From: a virus
Taxonomy: Duplodnaviria > Caudoviricetes
IMG/VR virus record: IMGVR_UViG_2162886015_000003
Coordinates: 1 to 50,338 of that record
Direction: 5' to 3' (one strand)
DNA length: 50,338 nucleotides
Part shown: positions 42,917-50,338 of the stretch, piece by piece
Numbering within the stretch: the first letter of the stretch is position 1
Layout: the number at the start of each line of letters is the position of its first letter
Position numbers and translations under genes: made by a program
The notes under the pieces: model-generated
Databases searched by the model: none
Told to the model about the DNA's origin: nothing
Seen by the model: only the letters and a program-made list of their open reading frames with translations

Positions 42917-43063
42917 ATGAAGAGCTTCGAAATTTTTTACCGCGTTCCGGCGACGGCCGCACACGGAACCTACCTCAGCAGCACTCGAGAGGAAGGCGCA
43001 ACGCGCGACGAAGCGGCCGCCAGAGTGGCAAAACGCCACCCGGAATATACGGAAGTCCACTGA
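42917..43063 (+). CDS. Small early protein (48 aa)
   Basis: Found manually; AAGGGG RBS; first ORF after PL. Confidence 0.55.
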   Translation: MKSFEIFYRVPATAAHGTYLSSTREEGATRDEAAARVAKRHPEYTEVH

Positions 43064-43101
43064 TCGCCAAGGGCCGCTCCGGCGGCCCAATGGAGACTCA
43101 A

Positions 43102-43242
43102 ATGTTCTACAGCGACTACGGTTTCCGGACATACCGCACGCGGACCTCGAATCACTTCGTGCGGTTTGCAATGCACTTCGATCAGTACCTGAATTCGATC
43201 TTCGTGCGAAGCGTCGATTACAGCCAGATTCCGTGGTGCTGA
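43102..43242 (+). CDS. Small aromatic-rich early protein (46 aa)
   Basis: Found manually; GGAG RBS. Confidence 0.55.
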   Translation: MFYSDYGFRTYRTRTSNHFVRFAMHFDQYLNSIFVRSVDYSQIPWC

Positions 43243-43354
43243 TTTAACGCTTTACCGAGAAGTGCCCTGAGTGGAGCGGATTCTAAAGAGTCCTCTGTTC
43301 TGAGGGTGGTTCCAAGCCGGTGGGAGGCCGGCCCACATTTTCGGAGATGCTGAG

Positions 43355-43747
43355 ATGAGTTTTCACAATGGTCTTTCGTTCGACACGCTCGCGGCAGCAA
43401 ATATGGCGCGTCTCCCGCAGTTCCGGAATGCCAAGGGTGAGTTGTCCCACAGCGAGCCGGATGGCTCTGACTGGACGCCGAATGATTGGATGACGGCCGT
43501 CACCGGCGAAGTTGGCGAAGCTGCGAACGTCCTGAAGAAGGTTCGTCGCGGCGATCTTTCGATGGATGAAGCGCGCGAGTCGCTCGGCAAGGAATTCGCA
43601 GACATCGTGACCTACCTCAGCATCCTCGCTATGCAATGCGGCGTAGATCTCGGTGACGCGGTTACGAATAAGTTCAACGAAGTCAGTGCTCGCGTCGGCA
43701 GCACCGTTTATATCGACGGCGACGATTGGCACTACAACTACCGCTGA
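43355..43747 (+). CDS. MazG-like nucleotide pyrophosphohydrolase
   Basis: GEVGEAANVLKK, KEFADIVTY, DL..AV..KFN motifs (ExxE...ExxD). Confidence 0.85.
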   Translation: MSFHNGLSFDTLAAANMARLPQFRNAKGELSHSEPDGSDWTPNDWMTAVTGEVGEAANVLKKVRRGDLSMDEARESLGKEFADIVTYLSILAMQCGVDLGDAVTNKFNEVSARVGSTVYIDGDDWHYNYR

Positions 43748-43834
43748 GGTGGCCGACATGCAAGCAAATCAACCGCAACACACCGAGCAAACGCGTACGC
43801 GCGACGAGCTCGAGCATTTCACGCGAGGCATGAA

Positions 43835-43981
43835 GTGATCCGCGCTCACGCTGATAACGACCTCTTGGCAGCGGTTCCGAAGGTCCTGGGCGCTGCCGCA
43901 ACGTTCTTTGCTTGCGTGGGTGCTGCGGCTGCGATTGGTGCCCTTCTGTATGCCAGTCTCGCCGTTGGTGCGGGTGCGTGA
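43835..43981 (+). CDS. Small membrane protein (48 aa)
   Basis: Found manually; GTG start, one long hydrophobic segment, TGATG coupling. Confidence 0.55.
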   Translation: MIRAHADNDLLAAVPKVLGAAATFFACVGAAAAIGALLYASLAVGAGA

Positions 43982-44157
43982 TGCTGACAATCCACTATGG
44001 CGCTCCCATCGAAGCATTCGTTACGGCGTTCGCGCTTACGGATGACTTCGGCAATCTGGTCGAGTGGGATCGAGACCTTCTCGGAATCACCTGGCCGCAT
44101 GCTGAAGCGTGGAACTCGGCGAATGAGTTTCGAGAATCTGGCCTGGAGGTGCTGTGA
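43981..44157 (+). CDS. Small hypothetical protein (58 aa)
   Basis: TGATG coupling on both sides; LTDDFG motif. Confidence 0.6.
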   Translation: MLTIHYGAPIEAFVTAFALTDDFGNLVEWDRDLLGITWPHAEAWNSANEFRESGLEVL

Positions 44158-44285
44158 TGCGCGACCTGAAATTCTGCCTGCGCATGGTTGCTGCTTTCAT
44201 CGCAATCGTCGTGATTTTGGGTATTGCCCAGAAATGGGACGACGCTGATACCGAGCAAGTCCGCGCCTCGATGCGCAATACCTGA
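44157..44285 (+). CDS. Small membrane protein (42 aa)
   Basis: Found manually; GGAGG RBS; single TM segment. Confidence 0.6.
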   Translation: MRDLKFCLRMVAAFIAIVVILGIAQKWDDADTEQVRASMRNT

Positions 44286-44316
44286 TCCCGTAAAAGCTCA
44301 CCTGAAGGATGCAAAC

Positions 44317-44463
44317 ATGAAACTCTATTTAGCACTCCTTGCTGCGTTCTATGTGGGCGCGGCCGTCGGCGTAATTGCCGGAGGGCTGAATCGTGCAGCG
44401 AAGGCGCACGACCAGGCTTTTGAACACGAATCGGATGCGCCCTATCCGCGCGTCGGTGATTAA
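44317..44463 (+). CDS. Small membrane protein (48 aa)
   Basis: AAGGA RBS; N-terminal TM segment. Confidence 0.55.
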   Translation: MKLYLALLAAFYVGAAVGVIAGGLNRAAKAHDQAFEHESDAPYPRVGD

Positions 44464-44489
44464 TCAAACTTTTGACAATTGAGAGCGTA

Positions 44490-45176
44490 ATGGAAAAGAA
44501 AAATACGTCGCTTGTTCTGCGCACTTGCGCGGCTGACATGTCGTCCAAGAATGGTTTTGTCTGGCCGGCGGTTGGTGAAATCGCCGAAGCGACCGACTGG
44601 GCCGCAACGAGTGAATGCGGTGCTGGCCTGCACGGCTGGCTGTTTGGTCAAGGCGACCATAGCAGCAGCAACTATCTCGGCGAGACGGCCAAATGGCTCG
44701 TCGTCGAGGTCGACTCCGACGACATCATCATGCTCGGCGGGAAATGCAAATTTCCGCGCGGCAAGGTAGTTTGCATCGGCACCAGACTCGAAGCGACGAC
44801 CTATTTGCTCGAACACGAACCCCGGGCGCGGAATGTGGCTGTTATCGGATCAGCCCTGACGGTCGGCGATAACCAATCTGTCACTGTCGGGGCGTTGGGC
44901 ACGGCCACGGCGGGCTACAGAGGCACGGCCACGGCGGGCTACAGAGGCACGGCCACGGCGGGCGACAGAGGCACGGCCACGGCGGGCGACAGCGGCACGG
45001 CCACGGCGGGCGACAGCGGCACGGCCACGGCGGGCGACAGAGGCGAAATTCGCATCCGCTACTGGGACGAACCGGCCGATCGTTACCGCACGGCCATTGG
45101 TTATGTCGGCGAAGACGGGGTCGAACCAAACGTCGCATATCGCCTCGACGACAACCGAAAGTTCATCCGCGCATAA
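44490..45176 (+). CDS. Phage protein with octapeptide (GTATAGxx) beta-solenoid repeats
   Basis: CGAGLHG and KCKF N-terminal domain; six repeats; C-terminal VGEDG.EPN..YRL. Confidence 0.8.
   Translation: MEKKNTSLVLRTCAADMSSKNGFVWPAVGEIAEATDWAATSECGAGLHGWLFGQGDHSSSNYLGETAKWLVVEVDSDDIIMLGGKCKFPRGKVVCIGTRLEATTYLLEHEPRARNVAVIGSALTVGDNQSVTVGALGTATAGYRGTATAGYRGTATAGDRGTATAGDSGTATAGDSGTATAGDRGEIRIRYWDEPADRYRTAIGYVGEDGVEPNVAYRLDDNRKFIRA
44898..45041 (+). repeat. Six tandem 24-bp repeats GGCACGGCCACGGCGGGC(T/G)ACAG(A/C)
   Basis: Directly visible in the sequence. Confidence 0.95.
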
Positions 45177-45248
45177 AACGCTCCTGCGACTTCCCCAAGT
45201 CGCGGCTTTGTGGGTGCAGTACTGGCCCACTCTTTTTCGACAAATATC

Positions 45249-46313
45249 ATGATCTCCGTTAAATCGTCATCGCTGAAAGAGGGATTGAAGCGCGTCGGCC
45301 CTTCAGTCGACCGCCGCTCCGTGCTGGCCGTGCGCCAGTGCGTGCGGATTCGCGTTGATGGCGAATCCTTCGAAATGATCGCTGCGTGCGAGTATGGGCA
45401 GGCCACATACCGCGAGGAACGGCTCGGCGACGCCAACAAGACGCTGGACGTCTGCGTTCCTGCCGACCGCCTGGCGCCCGCGCTCGGCGTCGCCAGTGAG
45501 TACGTTGATATTGATGTGCAGAAGAACGGCCGCATCAAACTCTCGACGGGGACGTACAAGGTCACGGTGCCTGTATTCCAGGGAGAAGACTTCCCGCTCG
45601 TGACGACCGAAGGCAGTCCGATTGCCGACATCGACGTGGTCGGCCTTTCCGGCCTCGTGTCGAGCGTCGCGTTCGCCGCAGACACCAAAGACATCCGCGA
45701 ATTCTGCCGCGGCGTCATGCTCGAGTCGGATGGCAAACAACTCACGGCGACGGCCACCAACGGAAACATTCTGGCAACTGCCCAGATCACCACGTCGGCA
45801 CCGGCCTTTGGGGTTCTCCTGCACGCCCATGCGGCCGAGTTGCTGATCGAGATGGACCCGAAGCGGCTTGTCGTCGCCAGTTCGCATGTCACGGCGTTTA
45901 ACGATGGTGCGGAACTGATCCTGAAGCCAATGGCGGCGAAGGTAGTCGACTGGCGCCGCACGCTCCCCGCACTGAAAAACGCGGTTTCGTTCGACGCCGC
46001 GCCGCTCCGCGAGGCCGTGTCGATGCACCGGTTCTATGGCGATAAGGTCGGCGCAGTCCGGTTCACCACCGAGGGCACGGAGTGCGCCCTTGAGGTCATG
46101 AATTCGGAAGACGGCGCAAACATCGATCTCGACGTGTTCGACGTCGTCGGCGACGCGGATTTCAGCTTCACCTTTCGCGGCGACCAGCTCGCCCAGATCC
46201 TGACGCGCGCGCCGGCGGAAAAGGTCACCTTCTACTGGGATGCCGCGAAGCCCCGTGCGTTCCTCGTCCAAAACGGAAACTGGCGGGGCGTCGTCTCGCC
46301 GCTCATCGTGTAA
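45249..46313 (+). CDS. DNA polymerase III beta sliding clamp-like protein
   Basis: About 354 aa; EDFP, VAFAA, GV.L, ATNG..LA, DWRR..P and C-terminal GVVSPL match the DnaN pattern. Confidence 0.85.
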   Translation: MISVKSSSLKEGLKRVGPSVDRRSVLAVRQCVRIRVDGESFEMIAACEYGQATYREERLGDANKTLDVCVPADRLAPALGVASEYVDIDVQKNGRIKLSTGTYKVTVPVFQGEDFPLVTTEGSPIADIDVVGLSGLVSSVAFAADTKDIREFCRGVMLESDGKQLTATATNGNILATAQITTSAPAFGVLLHAHAAELLIEMDPKRLVVASSHVTAFNDGAELILKPMAAKVVDWRRTLPALKNAVSFDAAPLREAVSMHRFYGDKVGAVRFTTEGTECALEVMNSEDGANIDLDVFDVVGDADFSFTFRGDQLAQILTRAPAEKVTFYWDAAKPRAFLVQNGNWRGVVSPLIV

Positions 46314-46325
46314 CGGAGATTCACC

Positions 46326-46658
46326 ATGAACCTGATTCTTCAGATTGCAAGCAAGCGCGCGAGCCGCGCAGCCAAACGCGGTGATATGCGTGCCGCCGAC
46401 AAGATCGAGCTCGACTATGTCAAGGCGAACGTGCCGCTGTACTCGCGTCGCGCTGATGACGTGATCCCGGGCGAATGCACGCGTCTGTGTCGCGGCGCCG
46501 GGCCGAACGGCGAATCCCGCCTCGAATGGCTGCTGCCGAACGGAAAGACCGTCTATTCGGACATGGATGCGACCGTGCTGCCGGAATACGAGGACGACGC
46601 CTGCGGGATGCTGGTCGGCCTGCATCCGGGCCGTCTGTTCGAACTGATCGAGGCCTAA
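46326..46658 (+). CDS. Hypothetical protein
   Basis: GGAG RBS; operon position. Confidence 0.7.
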   Translation: MNLILQIASKRASRAAKRGDMRAADKIELDYVKANVPLYSRRADDVIPGECTRLCRGAGPNGESRLEWLLPNGKTVYSDMDATVLPEYEDDACGMLVGLHPGRLFELIEA

Positions 46659-46664
46659 GCGGCG

Positions 46665-46835
46665 GTGGACCCCATCCAATCCCTATTCGAAGAGTGGGCA
46701 ACCCGCGAAGGGCTGCTACTTACCCACTCCAATGCTCCCGGCCGTATATATCTATGGGATCAAACTGAATGGAGATTTCATGGGTTCAAGGGATACCACG
46801 AAATGACCGCCGAATCACCACGCAACCCGGCATAG
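46665..46835 (+). CDS. Small hypothetical protein (56 aa, FEEWA motif)
   Basis: Found manually; GTG start; fills the gap between genes. Confidence 0.5.
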   Translation: MDPIQSLFEEWATREGLLLTHSNAPGRIYLWDQTEWRFHGFKGYHEMTAESPRNPA

Positions 46836-46847
46836 AGAGAACAAGAG

Positions 46848-47396
46848 ATGAGCGACGCCTCGCACCGATTCGACAGCAGCAAACGTCGTCGACCTGACCA
46901 TCATGCACGGCAAGCGATGCTGACACCGGGCTACGTGCTCGAGCCGATCCGCGGTCTATTGGGTGGAATCGGCCTTGACCCGTGCACAGAACCCGACAAC
47001 CCGACGCGCGCAGATCAGTTCTATTGCTTGCCGCACGACGGCTGCACCCTTCCTTGGGATGCACATTCAGTGTTCTGCAATCCGCCCTATGGCGAAGCTC
47101 GGGATCGTTGGGTTGATCGTTGCATCAGGGTCGGCGCTCACATTCCTGTCGTGCTGCTGATTCCGGCGCACCCCGACACGCGGACGTTTCAGCGAGCCAT
47201 GGCGACATGCACGACAGTCCTTTTCGTCAAGGGGCGCCTCAAGTTCGGCGTGCTTCGCGAAAACCGCCGACAGGAGGCCGCAAGTCACGGGTCCGCGATC
47301 TTCGGATTTGGTGTGGATCTCAGTCCGCTGGATGCTCTGGGAAGCGTCCTGAGACGGGCAAAACTCGAACAGGCTGGCTTGGCTGACGTCGCCTAA
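46848..47396 (+). CDS. DNA N6-adenine methyltransferase (phage Dam family)
   Basis: TP, LDPC, DG...W, FCNPPY, LLIPA.PDT and KGRLKF motifs. Confidence 0.9.
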   Translation: MSDASHRFDSSKRRRPDHHARQAMLTPGYVLEPIRGLLGGIGLDPCTEPDNPTRADQFYCLPHDGCTLPWDAHSVFCNPPYGEARDRWVDRCIRVGAHIPVVLLIPAHPDTRTFQRAMATCTTVLFVKGRLKFGVLRENRRQEAASHGSAIFGFGVDLSPLDALGSVLRRAKLEQAGLADVA

Positions 47397-47422
47397 GCCA
47401 CCAATCATCCAAAGGATAGACC

Positions 47423-48079
47423 ATGACCACTAGTACAGATGTAGTGCCGAGCAACCGTGAATTGCGGGCGACCCGGCTTCTTGAGATTGCCGAGCCGATC
47501 TTAGAGGCTGCTGCGCTCAACAAGCGCGTGACGATCGCAGCGGGCGATTTGCTGCGACAGGTGCGCGTGTTCTTACCGAATCCAGCCCATACATCCGAAG
47601 TGCAGGCAGACCATATTGCGGATGAACGCAAAATGGTTGCGGCCGATCTGTATCTCTGGCTTGCAGGCAGCAATGACAATCGGTTCATTCGTGCGTGGAC
47701 TGATGACCCTGCCAGGGTCGATAGTCTGCGTGAAGCCATCGGTCTGGAGCCTGCGCGGTATTACGCCGCTCCCGCGCAACCCTGCGGTGGCGCCGAGCAA
47801 GCAGACGAGGCGGTGACGCTGCCACAACCCGTTTTAGACGCTTTGCGCTTCTATGCGAATGGCCATCACTACAACATCGATGATGACCATCAGCAGTTCG
47901 ATACCGTCAGCGGCGAACCACAAAACTGGCTGTTCAGCGAACGCGACGACGACTGCACGATGATCGAGGACGGCCGAATCGCTAAGGCTGTTTTGCAGGG
48001 CATCGCTACTGCATTCGAGGAACCGTCGCCACCCATCGAAGGCGAAGTGTTCGCCACCCGTGCAAAGAACGGCAAATGA
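47423..48079 (+). CDS. Hypothetical protein (mosaic early gene)
   Basis: AAGGA RBS; ALRFYA motif. Confidence 0.7.
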   Translation: MTTSTDVVPSNRELRATRLLEIAEPILEAAALNKRVTIAAGDLLRQVRVFLPNPAHTSEVQADHIADERKMVAADLYLWLAGSNDNRFIRAWTDDPARVDSLREAIGLEPARYYAAPAQPCGGAEQADEAVTLPQPVLDALRFYANGHHYNIDDDHQQFDTVSGEPQNWLFSERDDDCTMIEDGRIAKAVLQGIATAFEEPSPPIEGEVFATRAKNGK

Positions 48080-48837
48080 CCACGACAAATCACACTTCGC
48101 CTATCGGTGAGGACGCCGCCAATGGGGCGGTAGGGGAGCGGGAAGCGTTTGAGTTGTGGCACGCCGATCCGCAGCGCAAGGTTTATGTTGGCGACAAGGC
48201 GTCCGCTTACAAGGGCTGGCAAGCCCACGCCGCGCGCACTGCCGAGCCGGTGGCTACCACGGTCAATCTGATAATTCGCGACGTATGCGAATCAGAGCCC
48301 GGCGACATCAATCATGTGGACACGCTCTGTATAGGTGTCGAGTACCTGCGCGACATTTTAGAGCGACGCCTTGAACGCGCAGCACTCACTGCCGGAAAGG
48401 CGGCGCAAGCGGAGCCGGTACTAGATAAGCCCGCGAAAGTCGGAGGCGGCCGCTTTGGTGTCGGCGTGAAGTGGTCCACGGTCATCGGCGCAGCGCAACG
48501 GCATTACGAATACGAAGTGACGCCCGAGAAAGAAGCGGCGCGGATCGCAAGAGCCGGTGAAGTGATTGAAAGCATCCGTCGCGGCGAATATTTATCGGAG
48601 CCAGCACAACCGGATCGCTGCTATGCGCCGAGCTGCGGAATGTGGGATGGCAATGATTCGTGCACGTGTCAACGTGTCGCCCCGCCAGCACAGACACAGA
48701 TGGCGCTGACGGATGAGCAGCGCGAGGCATTCAAATCAGCAATCGCTGGTCTGCATGTTTTGGGCTGGACGCATCGCGTTCCAATCTTGCAAGCATTTCT
48801 GACCGCCGCGCAGCCAGCAAGCGGAGACGGCGAATGA
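48076..48837 (+). CDS. Hypothetical protein (mosaic early gene)
   Basis: ATGA overlap; EREAFE.W, L..PAKVG..F..GV.W.TVI.AAQR and LTDEQ modules. Confidence 0.75.
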   Translation: MTTTNHTSPIGEDAANGAVGEREAFELWHADPQRKVYVGDKASAYKGWQAHAARTAEPVATTVNLIIRDVCESEPGDINHVDTLCIGVEYLRDILERRLERAALTAGKAAQAEPVLDKPAKVGGGRFGVGVKWSTVIGAAQRHYEYEVTPEKEAARIARAGEVIESIRRGEYLSEPAQPDRCYAPSCGMWDGNDSCTCQRVAPPAQTQMALTDEQREAFKSAIAGLHVLGWTHRVPILQAFLTAAQPASGDGE

Positions 48838-49079
48838 CGCTCGACCAACTCTATCTCTGGCACCGCGAGCAGCAGGAGCGCTGGGGCAACCTCGCGGAAA
48901 ACAACAAAGCCAATCTGCCTGCAGTCTATAAGGCATCGCTCAAGCGCACCTATGAGACGAAGGCTGACTTTCATTCTCGCGCCGTTGTGCTGCTGAAGTC
49001 GATTCGCATCGCAGCCGGCGCCCTACCCAAAACTGATTCTGGTCGCGCTGCTATTGCGCAAGCTGAGGTGAAGACGTGA
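48834..49079 (+). CDS. Hypothetical protein
   Basis: Coupled overlaps. Confidence 0.7.
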   Translation: MTLDQLYLWHREQQERWGNLAENNKANLPAVYKASLKRTYETKADFHSRAVVLLKSIRIAAGALPKTDSGRAAIAQAEVKT

Positions 49080-49426
49080 GCGTTCACGCTAAACAAATCC
49101 TGTGGTTCGGTAACCACGTCACTCTGGCCTGCGACGGCAAGTGCAACAAAGCATGGGGCATAAACAACCGGCCGAAGATCGAGTTTGATCCGAATGAGCC
49201 TGACGACTATGCGTTTCTCGCCGATTCAGAACTCGAGGAGGCGCCCGCTAACCCCGGTACACAGGAAGGCGGGTGGGGTAAGCCGTCAGGACCGCGCGAG
49301 ATGAACAAGTGGTGTTCGCGCGAATGCGAGCGAAGCGGGATTTTCGAAGCTGGCGACGCAATTACGTTGCCCGACTATTCGGTGCGTCGATATAACCAGC
49401 CATGGAAGCACGAAGGAGCGCAGTGA
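49076..49426 (+). CDS. Cys-containing hypothetical protein
   Basis: CDGKCNKAWG and NKWC.RECERS motifs; GAGG RBS. Confidence 0.75.
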   Translation: MSVHAKQILWFGNHVTLACDGKCNKAWGINNRPKIEFDPNEPDDYAFLADSELEEAPANPGTQEGGWGKPSGPREMNKWCSRECERSGIFEAGDAITLPDYSVRRYNQPWKHEGAQ

Positions 49427-49665
49427 TGAGCACCCGAACCTTGATCGAGATCAATCACGACCTCCTGCACGAGCTGAAGCGAAACCCGGAGTTCGTCGCG
49501 GAGTTTATTGCGAACCTCGGCTCATCGTTTTATTGCGGGCGCCTGAACGAGGCCAACGGGAAGGGTCAGCCGATGCATGTCGGCCACGGCATCCAGATCA
49601 TCCTGCAGCGCCACCACTCCACCGACGTCACAGTGACGACGGAATACCAGACGGTGAAACTATGA
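49426..49665 (+). CDS. Hypothetical protein
   Basis: AAGGAG RBS; MSTRTLIEINHD...RHHS. Confidence 0.7.
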   Translation: MSTRTLIEINHDLLHELKRNPEFVAEFIANLGSSFYCGRLNEANGKGQPMHVGHGIQIILQRHHSTDVTVTTEYQTVKL

Positions 49666-49964
49666 CCGAAAACGAAAAATTCTATGACGACGAGATCGCA
49701 CCGGCGTTGCTCGCTCTATCCGAGAAGGCAAAAGCGCGCGGCATGTCGATAGTGGCTACCGTCGAATATGACCCGGGCGAGCGCGGCACAACCCGAATGC
49801 TTCAGCCCACGTGCGGCTTGGCCATGACCATGATTTCGCATTGCGCAAAGATGGGTGAAAACATTGACGGTTACGTGATGGGCCTGATGCGCTATTGCGG
49901 CGAGAAGGGAATCGACACCAGCGCCAGCATGGTCATCAACCAACTGACCGGGCGGCGATCGTAG
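49662..49964 (+). CDS. Hypothetical protein
   Basis: ATGA overlap; E.FYD.EIAP.L motif. Confidence 0.7.
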   Translation: MTENEKFYDDEIAPALLALSEKAKARGMSIVATVEYDPGERGTTRMLQPTCGLAMTMISHCAKMGENIDGYVMGLMRYCGEKGIDTSASMVINQLTGRRS

Positions 49965-50020
49965 ATGGAAGCTGCTGCGCAACGGGTAATAGCACTTACG
50001 CGACTTGACTGGGGAATTAA

Positions 50021-50329
50021 GTGGACATCGCCAAAGGAAAGCGCGTAAGCGCGCAGGAGGCGGCCGAGATCCTTGGCGTGCCGCGGCATGCGATCAGTCG
50101 GCTTGACCGTGCCGGCGAGGTCATCAAGCGCTACAAGCTCGGTCACAAAACCCACGTGTATGACCTCGACTCGCTCTATGAATTTCTAGCATCATGCCAA
50201 TCGAAACCATTACGAAAGCCGGCCGCCGACGCTACCGCTGGACGTTCGAACGCGTCATCGAAGGTGGCCGCGTTCGAAAAGCCAAGCTTCTCCCTGCGGG
50301 CCTTTCTGCAAAGCAGGCCGACGAACTAG
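50021..50329 (+). CDS. xis: Excisionase-like HTH protein
   Basis: VSAQEAAEILGV...I...K.G....YD..SL..FL pattern; overlaps the int 5' end. Confidence 0.75.
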   Translation: MDIAKGKRVSAQEAAEILGVPRHAISRLDRAGEVIKRYKLGHKTHVYDLDSLYEFLASCQSKPLRKPAADATAGRSNASSKVAAFEKPSFSLRAFLQSRPTN

Positions 50330-50338
50330 GCCGCAAAT
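50194..50338 (+). CDS. int: Integrase N-terminus (continues at base 1)
   Basis: 48 codons MPIETITKAGRRRYRWTF...GRK plus a T that joins GG at bases 1-2 to give TGG in frame. Confidence 0.9.
   Translation, partial: MPIETITKAGRRRYRWTFERVIEGGRVRKAKLLPAGLSAKQADELGRK

Noticed and set aside
44898-45041. CRISPR array
   Set aside because: Contiguous in-frame coding repeats with no spacers and no cas genes.

Overview
The window is a complete, circularly closed genome (50,338 bp) of a temperate phage, probably infecting Burkholderiaceae (inferred from protein style and the tRNA-Leu att core). The integrase ORF reads in frame across the end/start junction, and both an attP (3' half of tRNA-Leu(TAA) flanked by 25-bp direct repeats) and a lambda-like cos candidate are intact. 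The late operon (minus strand, about 30.7 kb to 1.65 kb) joins a lambda-type head (Nu1/A terminase, gpW, portal, S49 protease, scaffold, decoration, gpE capsid) to a Mu-type contractile tail, followed by an unusual lysis cassette: holin-like protein, GH19 endolysin, HNH, 2-TM protein, two lipoproteins and a class-3 lipase, with no recognisable Rz/Rz1 pair. A plus-strand moron (promoter with operator, nested XRE HTH, degenerate SGNH protein, AT3 acyltransferase) interrupts the late operon. The early region has a cI/cro switch, a replication protein, a C5 methyltransferase split over two nested reading frames with four TRD-like repeats, an Acb2-like anti-CBASS sponge, a NinI-like phosphatase, MazG-like, beta-clamp-like and Dam-like genes. 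The most notable candidates for new biology are the lipase-containing lysis module, a tail-fibre-like protein with a Sec signal peptide, the nested HTH/pseudo-SGNH/AT3 moron, a tRNA-like RNA in the late leader and the nested multi-TRD methyltransferase. All family calls come from motifs recognised by eye; no database searches were run.
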